Shown here in pieces: positions 19,823 to 28,604 of a stretch of DNA of 64,000 nucleotides; the stretch's first letter is position 1; each line of letters opens with the position of its first letter. Position numbers and translations under genes: made by a program. The stretch lies in NCBI GenBank assembly GCA_031258195.1, contig JAIRNF010000034.1, positions 9,589-73,588 on the forward strand, in the 5' to 3' direction. The stretch is from Prevotellaceae bacterium (lineage in GTDB: Bacteria; Bacteroidota; Bacteroidia; Bacteroidales; UBA932). The notes under the pieces are model-generated. The model saw only the letters and a list, made by a program, of their open reading frames with translations, was not told the origin of the DNA and did no database searches.

Positions 19823-19994
19823 GGCTTTAAAGCGTGTTTATAAGTTCGTGTATAAAAGAGTTAGTTCATCGTTTTAGCTTAAATACCCTCGTTAATTTGA
19901 GGATACTGCAAGTTAGGAAAAAAAATCAATAATTTGCCTCATTACCGATAATATCTTTCTGATACTTTATTACTGCTTAGCTTTGTATAAGTTA

Positions 19995-20023
19995 CGTCAT
20001 TTCGAGCGAAGCGAGAAATGACG
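19995..20023. repeat. palindromic intergenic repeat, short hairpin form
   Basis: CGTCATTTCGAGCGAAGCGAGAAATGACG: a single family arm closed on itself (stem CGTCATTTC/GAAATGACG). It lies 11 nt beyond the stop of the 957-aa S9 peptidase ORF. Confidence 0.8.
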
Positions 20024-20033
20024 GCGTAGCGGG

Positions 20034-22832
20034 TTAATCTATCAGTTCGTAGCCCCAATCTATTCCTTTTTGGGTTGCAGGTACGCCGTATTTCATCCAT
20101 TTTGGCATTTTATCGCCTTTCAGGTAGTGGTCGAAGAACTGCTGTAAGCGGATGCTTAAATCTTTGGTATTTTTTCGTTCCATCAGGTTATGCTCTTCTT
20201 TGTTATACTGAAGCATCCATACTTTTTTACCTAAGCGGCGCAGGGCGGTAAAGTACTCTATACCCTGATACCAGGGAACGGCGCCGTCGTTGTCGTTGTG
20301 CATAATCAGCAGCGGTGTTTCCACCTTATCGGCAAAGAATAGCGGAGAATTTTCGATATACAGGTCGAAGCCGTCCCAAAGCGTTTTACCAATTCGGCTT
20401 TGTGTATGCTCGTACTGGAATTGGCGTATCATGCCTGTTCCCCAACGCACTCCACCGTATGCGCTCGTCATGTTGGCAACGGGCGCGCCCGCTCCGGCAG
20501 CCTTAAACATGTTGGTGCGGGTAATCAGATGCGCTACCTGATAGCCTCCCCAGCTTTGCCCCTGTATGCCGATGTTGTCCTTATCCACCCACGGGTTTTT
20601 GCATACCTTTTCGGCAACGGCAACGACGGCATTATAGGCGCTTTGCCCCGGATGCCCGTCGGTATAGTAGATATCGGGTACGAGAACGATGTATCCCCTG
20701 CTCGTAAAGAACGGAATATTGATAATGGAACGGCTCGGGGCTGGTGCGTAATGCCGGTAAAGGTCGTCGGTATGCTTTTCGTAGAAGTAAATCATCATCG
20801 GATACTTCCTGTTCGGGTCGAAGTTCTCCGGTTTATACAGTAGCGCCTCCGCGTCGATATTATCGAACGTTCTGTACTTTATCAGCTCTACCGAGCCCCA
20901 CAGGTAGTCTTTCATCTGCGGGTTAATCTGGCTTAGCCGCGTGTCGGTTTTCCATAGGTCGGACGTTACATACAGGTCGGGCGTAGTGGTAAAGTTTGAT
21001 TTGGTAAAGAGGAAATTGTTGGTATTTTTAGCCTTAACGGGATACGAGTAGTAGTAGCCGTTAAGCACCCTTTTAACGGGGGCTTCCTTGTGTTTGGCAA
21101 CCGCTTTGGTGTAAAATCCGTTTTCTTTGGTAACGTTATCGAACGTTCTCAGCAGTATGGTTTCCTTTTCGCCGATATAGGGTATATCCATGTCCGTTTT
21201 AAGGTAGCGGAAGGTCTGCTTGTTGGCGCGCCCCATACCGTTGGTAAGGTTTATGGCGGCTGTTTTAGCCGTAGGGTCAACCTGCCAGATATCGTAGTAG
21301 TCGTACAGGAGGATAGCCTTGTCCTTCTCCAGCCAGCCTGCTATTCCGTAGGCGTGGGGATCGTCCGGAACATCGTTTTCCTCGTCCCAGACGTTTACGT
21401 CCAACTCGCAGGTAAGGCAGGCAGTTGTTCCGTTGGCAATATCGTAAGCAAAATATTGACGCTCTTTTCTGTCGTACCAGCTAATATACTTGCCGTTGAT
21501 AGAAAGCGACGGATAGCCCGATAACGCTTCTTTAACCAGTTTCTTTTGTCCATTGCGCAGGTTTACCGTGTAAACGTCTTTTTTGATATCGCCCGTCCAT
21601 TGCCGCTCCACTCTGTAAGGCTTATCGGCTATGCCCAGCCCGTAGCCGAGGCTTTTTCTCTTTTGCAGTTCTTCGTTTACCGAAACGGAGTAAACGTTCT
21701 CGTCTGCCAGCCGCACCATTTCGCTCTTATCGGCAAGGTACATAACGGCGGCAAACGTGCGCTTGCGTTCGCGCTCAAGGTTTTTCAGCTGCATAGGCTG
21801 GTTAAAATCGTCGGCGTAATGCCAGATATCTAACGCCGCAACCTCGAAATCGTAAATGGCGGTGTCTTTCGGGGCGGGTATGGGGGCAGTGCCGAAGAAC
21901 AGGCTGCCGCCGTCTTCGCTAAATACAGGTTTTTTATGCTCGCTTACCATCCAATTGGCGGGCATGCCTGCGGTAGCCTGCTCGACCAAAACGGAGGCAG
22001 AGTCCATGCTGTTGGTATAATAGTACAGGCGGTAAATTTTAGGATCGGCTTTAGCGCTATCCCTTTCGGCCACGTATGCCAGCTGGTTGCCCGCTTTATC
22101 AAAAGCCAGCTGCTTATAGCTACCCTTTCCGGTACTTAGCATCTTACGTTCGCCGTTTGCCGTATTGTAAAGCAGAACGCCTGAGTTGGCAAGGCTGTCT
22201 TTAGAGTTTGGTGTTAGGGATGCAACGAGGTATTTACCATTCTCGCTAAAAATATAGCTGCTAACATATTTAATCGTATCCTCTACATTTGAAGTCATAC
22301 GACGAATTACCAGCGGATTACCTTCGTCTTTTTCTTTCTTCAACTTATCTTTTCCTTTGGTTGTATCGGCCGGCGGGTTTAGCTCATACGCAAGGTATAA
22401 TGCCGATTCTTTAGGTAGCTTAAACGATTTTACGTATGCAATTTTTTCAACCTTACCGTTAGCCGGGGTAATAATAGCCAACGAATCTTTTGGCATTTCA
22501 TCGGCTTTTTTCTTCTTTATCTTTGCCTCACGGGTCTGCTCGAATGATGGTTTAATAAGCGATACAACAAATTTCGAATCGCTGCTTATGGCGTACCCAT
22601 ACCCTCTGTCAACAGCAGCTGTCGCATTTTTCTTAATATCGGTAATAATCAGCGTACCGTCTCCCTCCTGAAGGTTTACCGCATAAACGGCATACTTACC
22701 GTCGTCTGATATTTTTGGGTTGGCTACGCTTTGCCAGCTATCGTAAACAGAATGGTCTAGCGGTTTTTTCTGTGCGTATAGCCCGCAAATGGTAAGGGTT
22801 ACGGCTAAAAGCATAGCGGCTGTTTTTTTCAT
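20034..22832 (-). CDS. S9-family serine peptidase with large N-terminal propeller region
   Basis: Signal peptide MKKTAAMLLAVTLTICGLYAQ (start chosen at 22832; the track ORF starts at 22907). The C-terminal region has IGIQGQSWGGYQ (GxSxGG) and LLIMHNDNDGAVP. Confidence 0.85.
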   Translation of the reverse strand: MKKTAAMLLAVTLTICGLYAQKKPLDHSVYDSWQSVANPKISDDGKYAVYAVNLQEGDGTLIITDIKKNATAAVDRGYGYAISSDSKFVVSLIKPSFEQTREAKIKKKKADEMPKDSLAIITPANGKVEKIAYVKSFKLPKESALYLAYELNPPADTTKGKDKLKKEKDEGNPLVIRRMTSNVEDTIKYVSSYIFSENGKYLVASLTPNSKDSLANSGVLLYNTANGERKMLSTGKGSYKQLAFDKAGNQLAYVAERDSAKADPKIYRLYYYTNSMDSASVLVEQATAGMPANWMVSEHKKPVFSEDGGSLFFGTAPIPAPKDTAIYDFEVAALDIWHYADDFNQPMQLKNLERERKRTFAAVMYLADKSEMVRLADENVYSVSVNEELQKRKSLGYGLGIADKPYRVERQWTGDIKKDVYTVNLRNGQKKLVKEALSGYPSLSINGKYISWYDRKERQYFAYDIANGTTACLTCELDVNVWDEENDVPDDPHAYGIAGWLEKDKAILLYDYYDIWQVDPTAKTAAINLTNGMGRANKQTFRYLKTDMDIPYIGEKETILLRTFDNVTKENGFYTKAVAKHKEAPVKRVLNGYYYSYPVKAKNTNNFLFTKSNFTTTPDLYVTSDLWKTDTRLSQINPQMKDYLWGSVELIKYRTFDNIDAEALLYKPENFDPNRKYPMMIYFYEKHTDDLYRHYAPAPSRSIINIPFFTSRGYIVLVPDIYYTDGHPGQSAYNAVVAVAEKVCKNPWVDKDNIGIQGQSWGGYQVAHLITRTNMFKAAGAGAPVANMTSAYGGVRWGTGMIRQFQYEHTQSRIGKTLWDGFDLYIENSPLFFADKVETPLLIMHNDNDGAVPWYQGIEYFTALRRLGKKVWMLQYNKEEHNLMERKNTKDLSIRLQQFFDHYLKGDKMPKWMKYGVPATQKGIDWGYELID

Positions 22833-22932
22833 AGTATATAAGGGGTTTATTTTTTGTTGAATAACAAATATAAGCTTTATTACCTTATTTTTTCGGCAAA
22901 AGTTCAAATTATAAAAAAATCAGAAGAATCCC

Positions 22933-22961
22933 CGTCGTTTCGAGCGCGGCGAGAAATGACG
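22933..22961. repeat. palindromic intergenic repeat, short hairpin form
   Basis: CGTCGTTTCGAGCGCGGCGAGAAATGACG, in the same orientation as the copy at 19995. It lies upstream of the S9 peptidase start. Confidence 0.8.
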
Positions 22962-23019
22962 TATCCTTCCGTTAGTTGTAATTAAAAATAATAGGGATTA
23001 TAAGCCGACATAGCTAAGC

Positions 23020-23232
23020 TTACGGTACAGGATCGTAGCCGCCACCTCCCCACGGATGGCAGCGTAAGATGCGTTTTACCGCAAGCCATAACCCTTTTAT
23101 AGGACCATGCTTTTTCAACGCTTCGAGGGCGTACTGCGAGCAGGTGGGCTCGAAACGGCAGCTGGGTGGTTTTAGCGGAGAAATACAGACTTGGTAGAAC
23201 TTAACCAGCAGTATGAGCGGAAATGCCAGCAT
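23020..23232 (-). CDS. yidD: membrane protein insertion efficiency factor YidD
   Basis: [70 protein letters not shown] is the canonical YidD sequence pattern. The start was chosen at the internal Met at 23232. Confidence 0.9.
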   Translation of the reverse strand: MLAFPLILLVKFYQVCISPLKPPSCRFEPTCSQYALEALKKHGPIKGLWLAVKRILRCHPWGGGGYDPVP

Positions 23233-23671
23233 TTTCTTCAAGTCTCTTAGAAAGGCGTTGGAGGAGCGCGACGAGCTTTCGCTCGATTTCGTTGTATGGG
23301 AAGATTTCCGCTGACACATATACCAGCAGCAAATTTACGCGAATATTTCCAGCTTCGGCGCATTGGTAAAGCGAAGATTTGTTAATACGGTAAACTTCTC
23401 TTATTCTTCGCTTCAGCAGGTTGCGCTTTACAGCCCGCTTAAAGCTTCGCTTAGGAACGGATATGGCTAGCCGCACAGGGCTTGTGGAGCCGTCTTTTCT
23501 GTCAGAAACCTCGAGATATAGCAGCCTGAAAGGGTAGTGGTTAAGCGTTTTTCCTTCGCGTATGAGCTGACTGATAGCCGTTTGAGAGCATAGCCGTTCG
23601 TGCTTACGAAATGTAAATCGAGCGTTGCTATCTACTTGCCGATCGGGCATATTTTTGCCAATCTCAGTCAT
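23201..23671 (-). CDS. rnpA: ribonuclease P protein component
   Basis: [10 protein letters not shown]...[19 protein letters not shown] is the RnpA basic RNR-type motif. It lies upstream of yidD as usual, with a 32-nt overlap. Confidence 0.85.
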   Translation of the reverse strand: MTEIGKNMPDRQVDSNARFTFRKHERLCSQTAISQLIREGKTLNHYPFRLLYLEVSDRKDGSTSPVRLAISVPKRSFKRAVKRNLLKRRIREVYRINKSSLYQCAEAGNIRVNLLLVYVSAEIFPYNEIERKLVALLQRLSKRLEENAGISAHTAG

Positions 23672-23722
23672 GTATACTTAGGGTTTATTATAGCCTATTC
23701 GGCTTTGTTGTAGCAAGCTGTG

Positions 23723-24466
23723 TTAGCTTTGCTTTTTCAAGTAGTTTTCAAGAGCCATTTTAATAGACGGCGCTTCGGGAGTAGGAGCCTGTATTTCGGC
23801 TTTCATTTTTGCGGTAGATACCGCTTTTGCTGTTGCGGGACCAAAAGTAGCTATTACTGTACCGTTCTGCTCAAACTTCGGAAAGTTTTCTTTCAACGAT
23901 TTAATTTCGGCAGGGCTATAGAAAACCAGCATGTCGTAATCTTTTATCGAAAGATCTTTAACATCGCTGAAAACAGTTTTGTAGAAAATGGCTTCGGTAT
24001 GCTCTAGCTTAGTCTTCGTAAAAGCCTTTGGTATATCGTTCTTATGAACGTCCGAAAGGGCAATAAGAAATTTTTCTCCTTTATGCTTTATACCGATAGA
24101 GTCGACTAGCCCGTCGATAGTTCCGTTTCCAAAAAAGATCTTACGCTTTCTGTAAACAATGTATTTCTGGAGATATAAAGCAATAGCTTCCGTCATACAA
24201 AAATACTTCATCGTTTCAGGAATAGTAGTTCGAGATTCTTCGCAAATACGGAAAAAATGATCGATAGCAGTGCGGGCAGTAAATACAATAGCGGTATGCG
24301 CTAGAATATCTATTCGTTGTTTACGGAATTCTTTGATATCAACGCCTTCAACTTTAATAAAAGGTCTAAAATCAATTTTCACCTTATATTTTTCAATCAA
24401 ATCCGCATAAGGAGATTTTTCTGTAGCCGGTTGGGGCTGGGATATAAGAATCTTTTTGATCTTCAT
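23723..24466 (-). CDS. hemD: uroporphyrinogen-III synthase
   Basis: 247 aa. MKIKKILISQPQPATEKSPYADLIEKYKVKIDFRPFIKVEGV is the remembered Bacteroidota HemD-type N-terminus. Confidence 0.75.
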   Translation of the reverse strand: MKIKKILISQPQPATEKSPYADLIEKYKVKIDFRPFIKVEGVDIKEFRKQRIDILAHTAIVFTARTAIDHFFRICEESRTTIPETMKYFCMTEAIALYLQKYIVYRKRKIFFGNGTIDGLVDSIGIKHKGEKFLIALSDVHKNDIPKAFTKTKLEHTEAIFYKTVFSDVKDLSIKDYDMLVFYSPAEIKSLKENFPKFEQNGTVIATFGPATAKAVSTAKMKAEIQAPTPEAPSIKMALENYLKKQS

Positions 24467-25326
24467 CTAATCGGGAACAAGTAATGAAACACCAGTAATA
24501 GTGGTAGCAATTCGAGCGCGCAAAGGTACAAAATCCAAAAGAAAACTGAAACTTTTTCAACAAAAAATAGCCGAGCGCTACGAATCAAGTATAAGATAAA
24601 CAGAAAGATAGATAATCCGGCTATGCTGTAAAAAAATATAATCTTATTAGCTTCGTTATCGCTTAAAGCTAAAAGTAGAATAGACGGCAGAACAACAATA
24701 CCCCACGCGCCTATAAATATTCGCGAGTTGTAGCGCAGCTCATGTATCAGGCTCTCTTCGTAGGTAAGGACTCCGGCGGTTATTAAAATAAAGCTTTTAA
24801 AAGCCGAAAAAGCTAAAAGAAATCCTCCTACAACAAGGTATAGCTGATAACCCGCATCAACCGGCAGCCGGTTTGGAAAATTGCTGAGAATATATGTCCC
24901 GAATATGGTGGCGGGTACAAAAGCGAATAGTACAAGAAATGTCAGAATACGATTAAAGTTCTGAATATTTCCTTTATACTGCTTGTGGGCAGCCTTATTG
25001 CCGACTAGCAGCAGGAACAGCCGGCTGAGGTATCCGCGGGTGTATCGTAGCAGTAGTAGCGCAAGCAGAATTACCCCGATTATGGGAAGAGGTGCCAAAG
25101 AGTTGCCTAGCGGATACTCGCGTGGTATACCTTCGCCCAACGTAACTACATGTTTAGCAGTTAGGGTGGATTTTTGCCCATACATTCCTGTCGCTGTAAC
25201 AGCTTTGCCGCTAATAATGTCGGCACTATTGCCTGTTGAGGTTTGGTTATCTGTAAATAACGTATCCTGCCGCGCATTGTCAGTAGTGGTGTTATAGCTA
25301 GGAATACTATCGTTTACAGCCGGCAT
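24463..25326 (-). CDS. DUF4271-like polytopic membrane protein
   Basis: 287 aa with a Thr/Asn-rich N-terminus and then six or more hydrophobic helices. Its stop overlaps the hemD start by 4 nt. Confidence 0.6.
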   Translation of the reverse strand: MPAVNDSIPSYNTTTDNARQDTLFTDNQTSTGNSADIISGKAVTATGMYGQKSTLTAKHVVTLGEGIPREYPLGNSLAPLPIIGVILLALLLLRYTRGYLSRLFLLLVGNKAAHKQYKGNIQNFNRILTFLVLFAFVPATIFGTYILSNFPNRLPVDAGYQLYLVVGGFLLAFSAFKSFILITAGVLTYEESLIHELRYNSRIFIGAWGIVVLPSILLLALSDNEANKIIFFYSIAGLSIFLFILYLIRSARLFFVEKVSVFFWILYLCALELLPLLLVFHYLFPIR

Positions 25327-25332
25327 ATGGTA

Positions 25333-25686
25333 CTATCCTCCCGCTTGTTTAGCCTTATAGCCCGCTTTTAGCAGCAGGTCTAATACTTTGCTTCGAAAGT
25401 CGCCCTGAATAATTATTTCGCCGTCTTTAGCCGAGCCTCCTGTTCCGCATTTCGATTTCAGCATTTTACCCAGCTCCTTAAGGTCTTCGTCGGTACCGAT
25501 AAAGCCTGTGATTAACGTAACCTGCTTTCCCCCACGTTGCTTCTTATCCAGCATTACACGCAGATTTTGTTGCCCGGGAGGTAGAGTGGTGGCTTCCTCT
25601 TCCGGTTGCTGTCGGTAGCTAAAGTCGGGATTAGTAGAATATACGACGTTAAGCCGCTTTTTCCAGTCGTTGTTATTGTTAGGCAT
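25333..25686 (-). CDS. SUI1/YciH-family translation initiation factor-like protein
   Basis: 117 aa. [14 protein letters not shown]...[33 protein letters not shown] is the SUI1 signature. Confidence 0.85.
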   Translation of the reverse strand: MPNNNNDWKKRLNVVYSTNPDFSYRQQPEEEATTLPPGQQNLRVMLDKKQRGGKQVTLITGFIGTDEDLKELGKMLKSKCGTGGSAKDGEIIIQGDFRSKVLDLLLKAGYKAKQAGG

Positions 25687-25991
25687 AATAAGCTATTGAG
25701 ACGATTAAAATGTAAAGATAGCTTGTTTATAACAAAGTTTATAGACAAGCATAAAAGCTAACCTGTGGCGCGCTTAGTAATCTTTATGCTATTTTCCCCG
25801 ACAGTTGAAATGACGATATAGCTTTTTTGAGAGCTACGGCGTATTTCCAAATAGCTGTTTATCAGATATATAAATACTATAAATGCGCTACAGATATTGT
25901 ATGCTACGTGCTATAAAATATTTAATTTATTAAGTAAAAAATTAGTTATCTTTGATTCCGCCGGTTAGTATATCAGCAAAATATACGAAAA

Positions 25992-26234
25992 GTGTCACCC
26001 ATAAAACTTTTTAAAAAACTTGAAAAGCAAAAAATTACAAGACAAGATATGCGCCGAATTAATGGAGGGCAGGATTTTGTTTGCCAATGTAATAGCGATG
26101 GGCAAAATTCTCCCTACATCTCTGGACCATGGGAGGCATACTATGGAACGCCGGAAGGAGTTATAGATGCTATCGATGGGCGTTGTAAGGCCGGTGGAAC
26201 TTGTACTGCTGTAAGACTTTTTCCATATTTATAG
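25992..26234 (+). CDS. GG-leader (bacteriocin/RiPP-type) cysteine-containing peptide precursor
   Basis: 80 aa from a GTG start. The leader KLFKKLEKQKITRQDMRRINGG ends in a double glycine (26064-26069). The 54-aa core has 4 Cys (FVCQC...GRCKAGGTC). A hairpin follows at 26243-26270. Confidence 0.6.
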   Translation: MSPIKLFKKLEKQKITRQDMRRINGGQDFVCQCNSDGQNSPYISGPWEAYYGTPEGVIDAIDGRCKAGGTCTAVRLFPYL

Positions 26235-26242
26235 ATTTATCT

Positions 26243-26270
26243 GCCGCATCTTTCTAACGAAAGATGCGGC
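26243..26270 (+). terminator. stem-loop after the GG-peptide ORF (no clear U-tract)
   Basis: GCCGCATCTTTC-TAAC-GAAAGATGCGGC, a 12-bp perfect stem 9 nt after the stop. Confidence 0.5.
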
Positions 26271-26368
26271 GGTGAGTTGAACGTCATTAATAGCTAATGT
26301 AGGGCTCTCGGAATTTATTATAAATATTGATGGACGTTAAATTCTTATGAAAGAAATAAAGTTAGACG

Positions 26369-27836
26369 ATGGCAAATAAAGTTATTGTAAGGAGTTTTTT
26401 AGTGGCGCTGGTTCTTGGCGTTGTTATTTCGTTGAAAGGACAGAATAAAGCGACTATAAGCTTTTCCTCTGACAAACTCACAGGCGTGAAGCTATATAAG
26501 CCTATCGACGGAACCTTTCAATATACCGTTTTATCAGATATTGTGGACTTAAAACCCAACATAAAGGTTAGCTACGATCTTGAAGTAGATGACTTTTCAT
26601 GTATTCGATTGCTGTTTCCGGGCATACGGATAGCTCTGATCTTATTTCCCGGCGATGAAGTAGCCTTAAAATATACTGATAATGGAGAAGTTCTCATTTC
26701 GGGATCAAACGCTGAAGGTCACAGGTACTATAACGATAGCTTTATCAGTAGCGGAACAATGTTTTATGTGGATAAGATTAGATATATTGCTAAAAACACT
26801 CCCAGCGTGGAAAAAATAGCAGTAGAGGTAGATAGCGTTATCATTAAGGAGGTCTTAATCCGTTGACCATTCTTAGAAACAGCAATAAAATATCAAACGA
26901 TTTTTACTCGCTACTAAGCTTCGATCTTAAATACTACCTTTACGAAGAGCCAGTAGCGGTATTAAGCGAATTAAGTGGAAATAGATATCTTTCTTTTAAA
27001 GAAGTTAATGCTATTGAGCGGCAAAAGGGAAGTCTCTTTGCAGAGATTAATATCTCTAATCCGGCTATTATAAAGCTTCCGCTATGTAACGGAATATTTG
27101 AACATTACTATAGGTATGAATTTGACAAGCTTCCGGACGAAGAAAAATGGATGCTCGCTAAAGGGTATGATGCAAAAACATTCGGACCTTACACTCCCTA
27201 CTTGCTGCGCCTGATCGTATTAGGTTACCAAAACTAGGACGAATATTCTTGCTGCACTTTGAGTTTAAGGTAAATGAGTTTGGCTTAGATAAAATGTATA
27301 TCTATTTGCGGCACAGCTACCCCGAGAGCGAATACTTACAGCAAATTACGAAAAAGTTTAAGCCAAAAAACATGCCTAATATAAAAGAAGAAGGTAGCGC
27401 AATAAGCTTCATTAGTAAAGAGGTTAGCTCTTTATCAGCGCTTTCTGCTGTCCCATCTTTAAAGGGGAAATATTTGTTTGTAGATCTTTGGGCAACCTGG
27501 TGTATTCCGTGCCGCGAAGAGTTTGGTAAGAAAGAAGCTTTACATAAAATCTCACAGCCATATAAGAATGTAGAGCGCGTTTACATTTCTATTGATGACG
27601 ATAGCCGGGCTGAACAATGGAAGAATGATATAGACGAGTGGCGGCTTTGCGGGTACAATATCAGGGCTAACAATCGGTTGGTGGCAGATATAAAAGAGAA
27701 GGTATATTCTTCGGAACATATCTCAATCCCTCGCTATTTGCTAATCTCTCCCTCCGGCGAAATATTAGATGGCAATCTTCCACGTTTAAGCCAGAGTAAG
27801 CTATTAGAACAGACTATTCATCAACTTATTAAGTAA
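26369..27836 (+). pseudogene. TlpA/ResA-like thiol:disulfide oxidoreductase with long N-terminal domain, split into three frames
   Basis: Three consecutive track ORFs lie in frames 2, 1 and 0 (26369..26866, 26863..27237, 27249..27836). The frames overlap in open reading at 26848-26866 and 27171-27237. The N-terminus has a signal peptide. The C-terminus has a thioredoxin fold with LFVDLWATWCIPCREEF (CxxC). Confidence 0.65.
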
Positions 27837-27924
27837 AGCTAGAAATATTTTCTAGTAAAGAAGCATTCTTTATACTGTTTTATCCAGCATTAAGAATGCT
27901 TCTTTTTATTCCTCACTTTCTTTT

Positions 27925-28488
27925 TTAAAACTTAACGGCTACACCGATTTTAAAAACAGCGATATCATAACCCATCTCCGCCATAGCTGCAAAATTTTGG
28001 GTAAAGTAGTATCTTGCACCTACATATACGCCTGAAAAGAATGAGCCGGCGTCCGCACTGTGGCGGGAGCTGTTATCGCTAGAGCTTGCAGATACGATGT
28101 CGTACGCAAGAACTATACTTGCATATGTGTCTAACTTATCTACGAATTGATAATGAAATGAACCCCTGGTTCCTAGTAAAAAGTCTGAATTTTTCACCTC
28201 ATATTTTCCACCAGAAAGGTCAAAATCATATTTATATTTTTGGGCAGAGTATCCAACAACACCTCCAATTCCGATAGAGCTGTTTTCGTCAAATAGGTTA
28301 TCTATTATGCAGTATTCTAAAGAAGCAGATATAGGTGGTACTGTTGTTTTCATACCACTGCCTGTGTGAAGTGTATTTCCAAATCCAATTCCGGCATTAA
28401 GAACGAAGTCTCCCTTGCTAAAATATTGAGCAGAAGCCAGCTGAATCCCCAAAAATGCGCATACAATGATAAGTAGTAATTTTTTCAT
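27925..28488 (-). CDS. small outer-membrane beta-barrel protein (OmpW/porin-family-like)
   Basis: Signal peptide MKKLLLIIVCAFLGIQLASAQ, alternating beta-strand pattern, and a C-terminal ...GVAVKF (terminal Phe). Confidence 0.65.
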   Translation of the reverse strand: MKKLLLIIVCAFLGIQLASAQYFSKGDFVLNAGIGFGNTLHTGSGMKTTVPPISASLEYCIIDNLFDENSSIGIGGVVGYSAQKYKYDFDLSGGKYEVKNSDFLLGTRGSFHYQFVDKLDTYASIVLAYDIVSASSSDNSSRHSADAGSFFSGVYVGARYYFTQNFAAMAEMGYDIAVFKIGVAVKF

Positions 28489-28604
28489 GAAATGCAAAAT
28501 TATTATTAGTTAATGTTTAGTGTTAAAATCGCGGCAAAAATATAAATAAGTTATGTAATACCTATTTTGTTTTTAACGCATGTTGCTTAATGCTTATATA
28601 AAAG

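Noticed and set aside
10866-22832. The two large S9 peptidases as a duplicated pair or a functional system.
   Set aside because: They are 7 kb apart on opposite strands. Their N-terminal regions differ and only the generic hydrolase motifs are shared. Such paralogues are common in Bacteroidota.
23201-23232. A 32-nt overlap between rnpA and yidD as a possible programmed frameshift or fusion.
   Set aside because: Both proteins are complete with their usual termini. Short overlaps in this operon are common and depend on start-codon choice.
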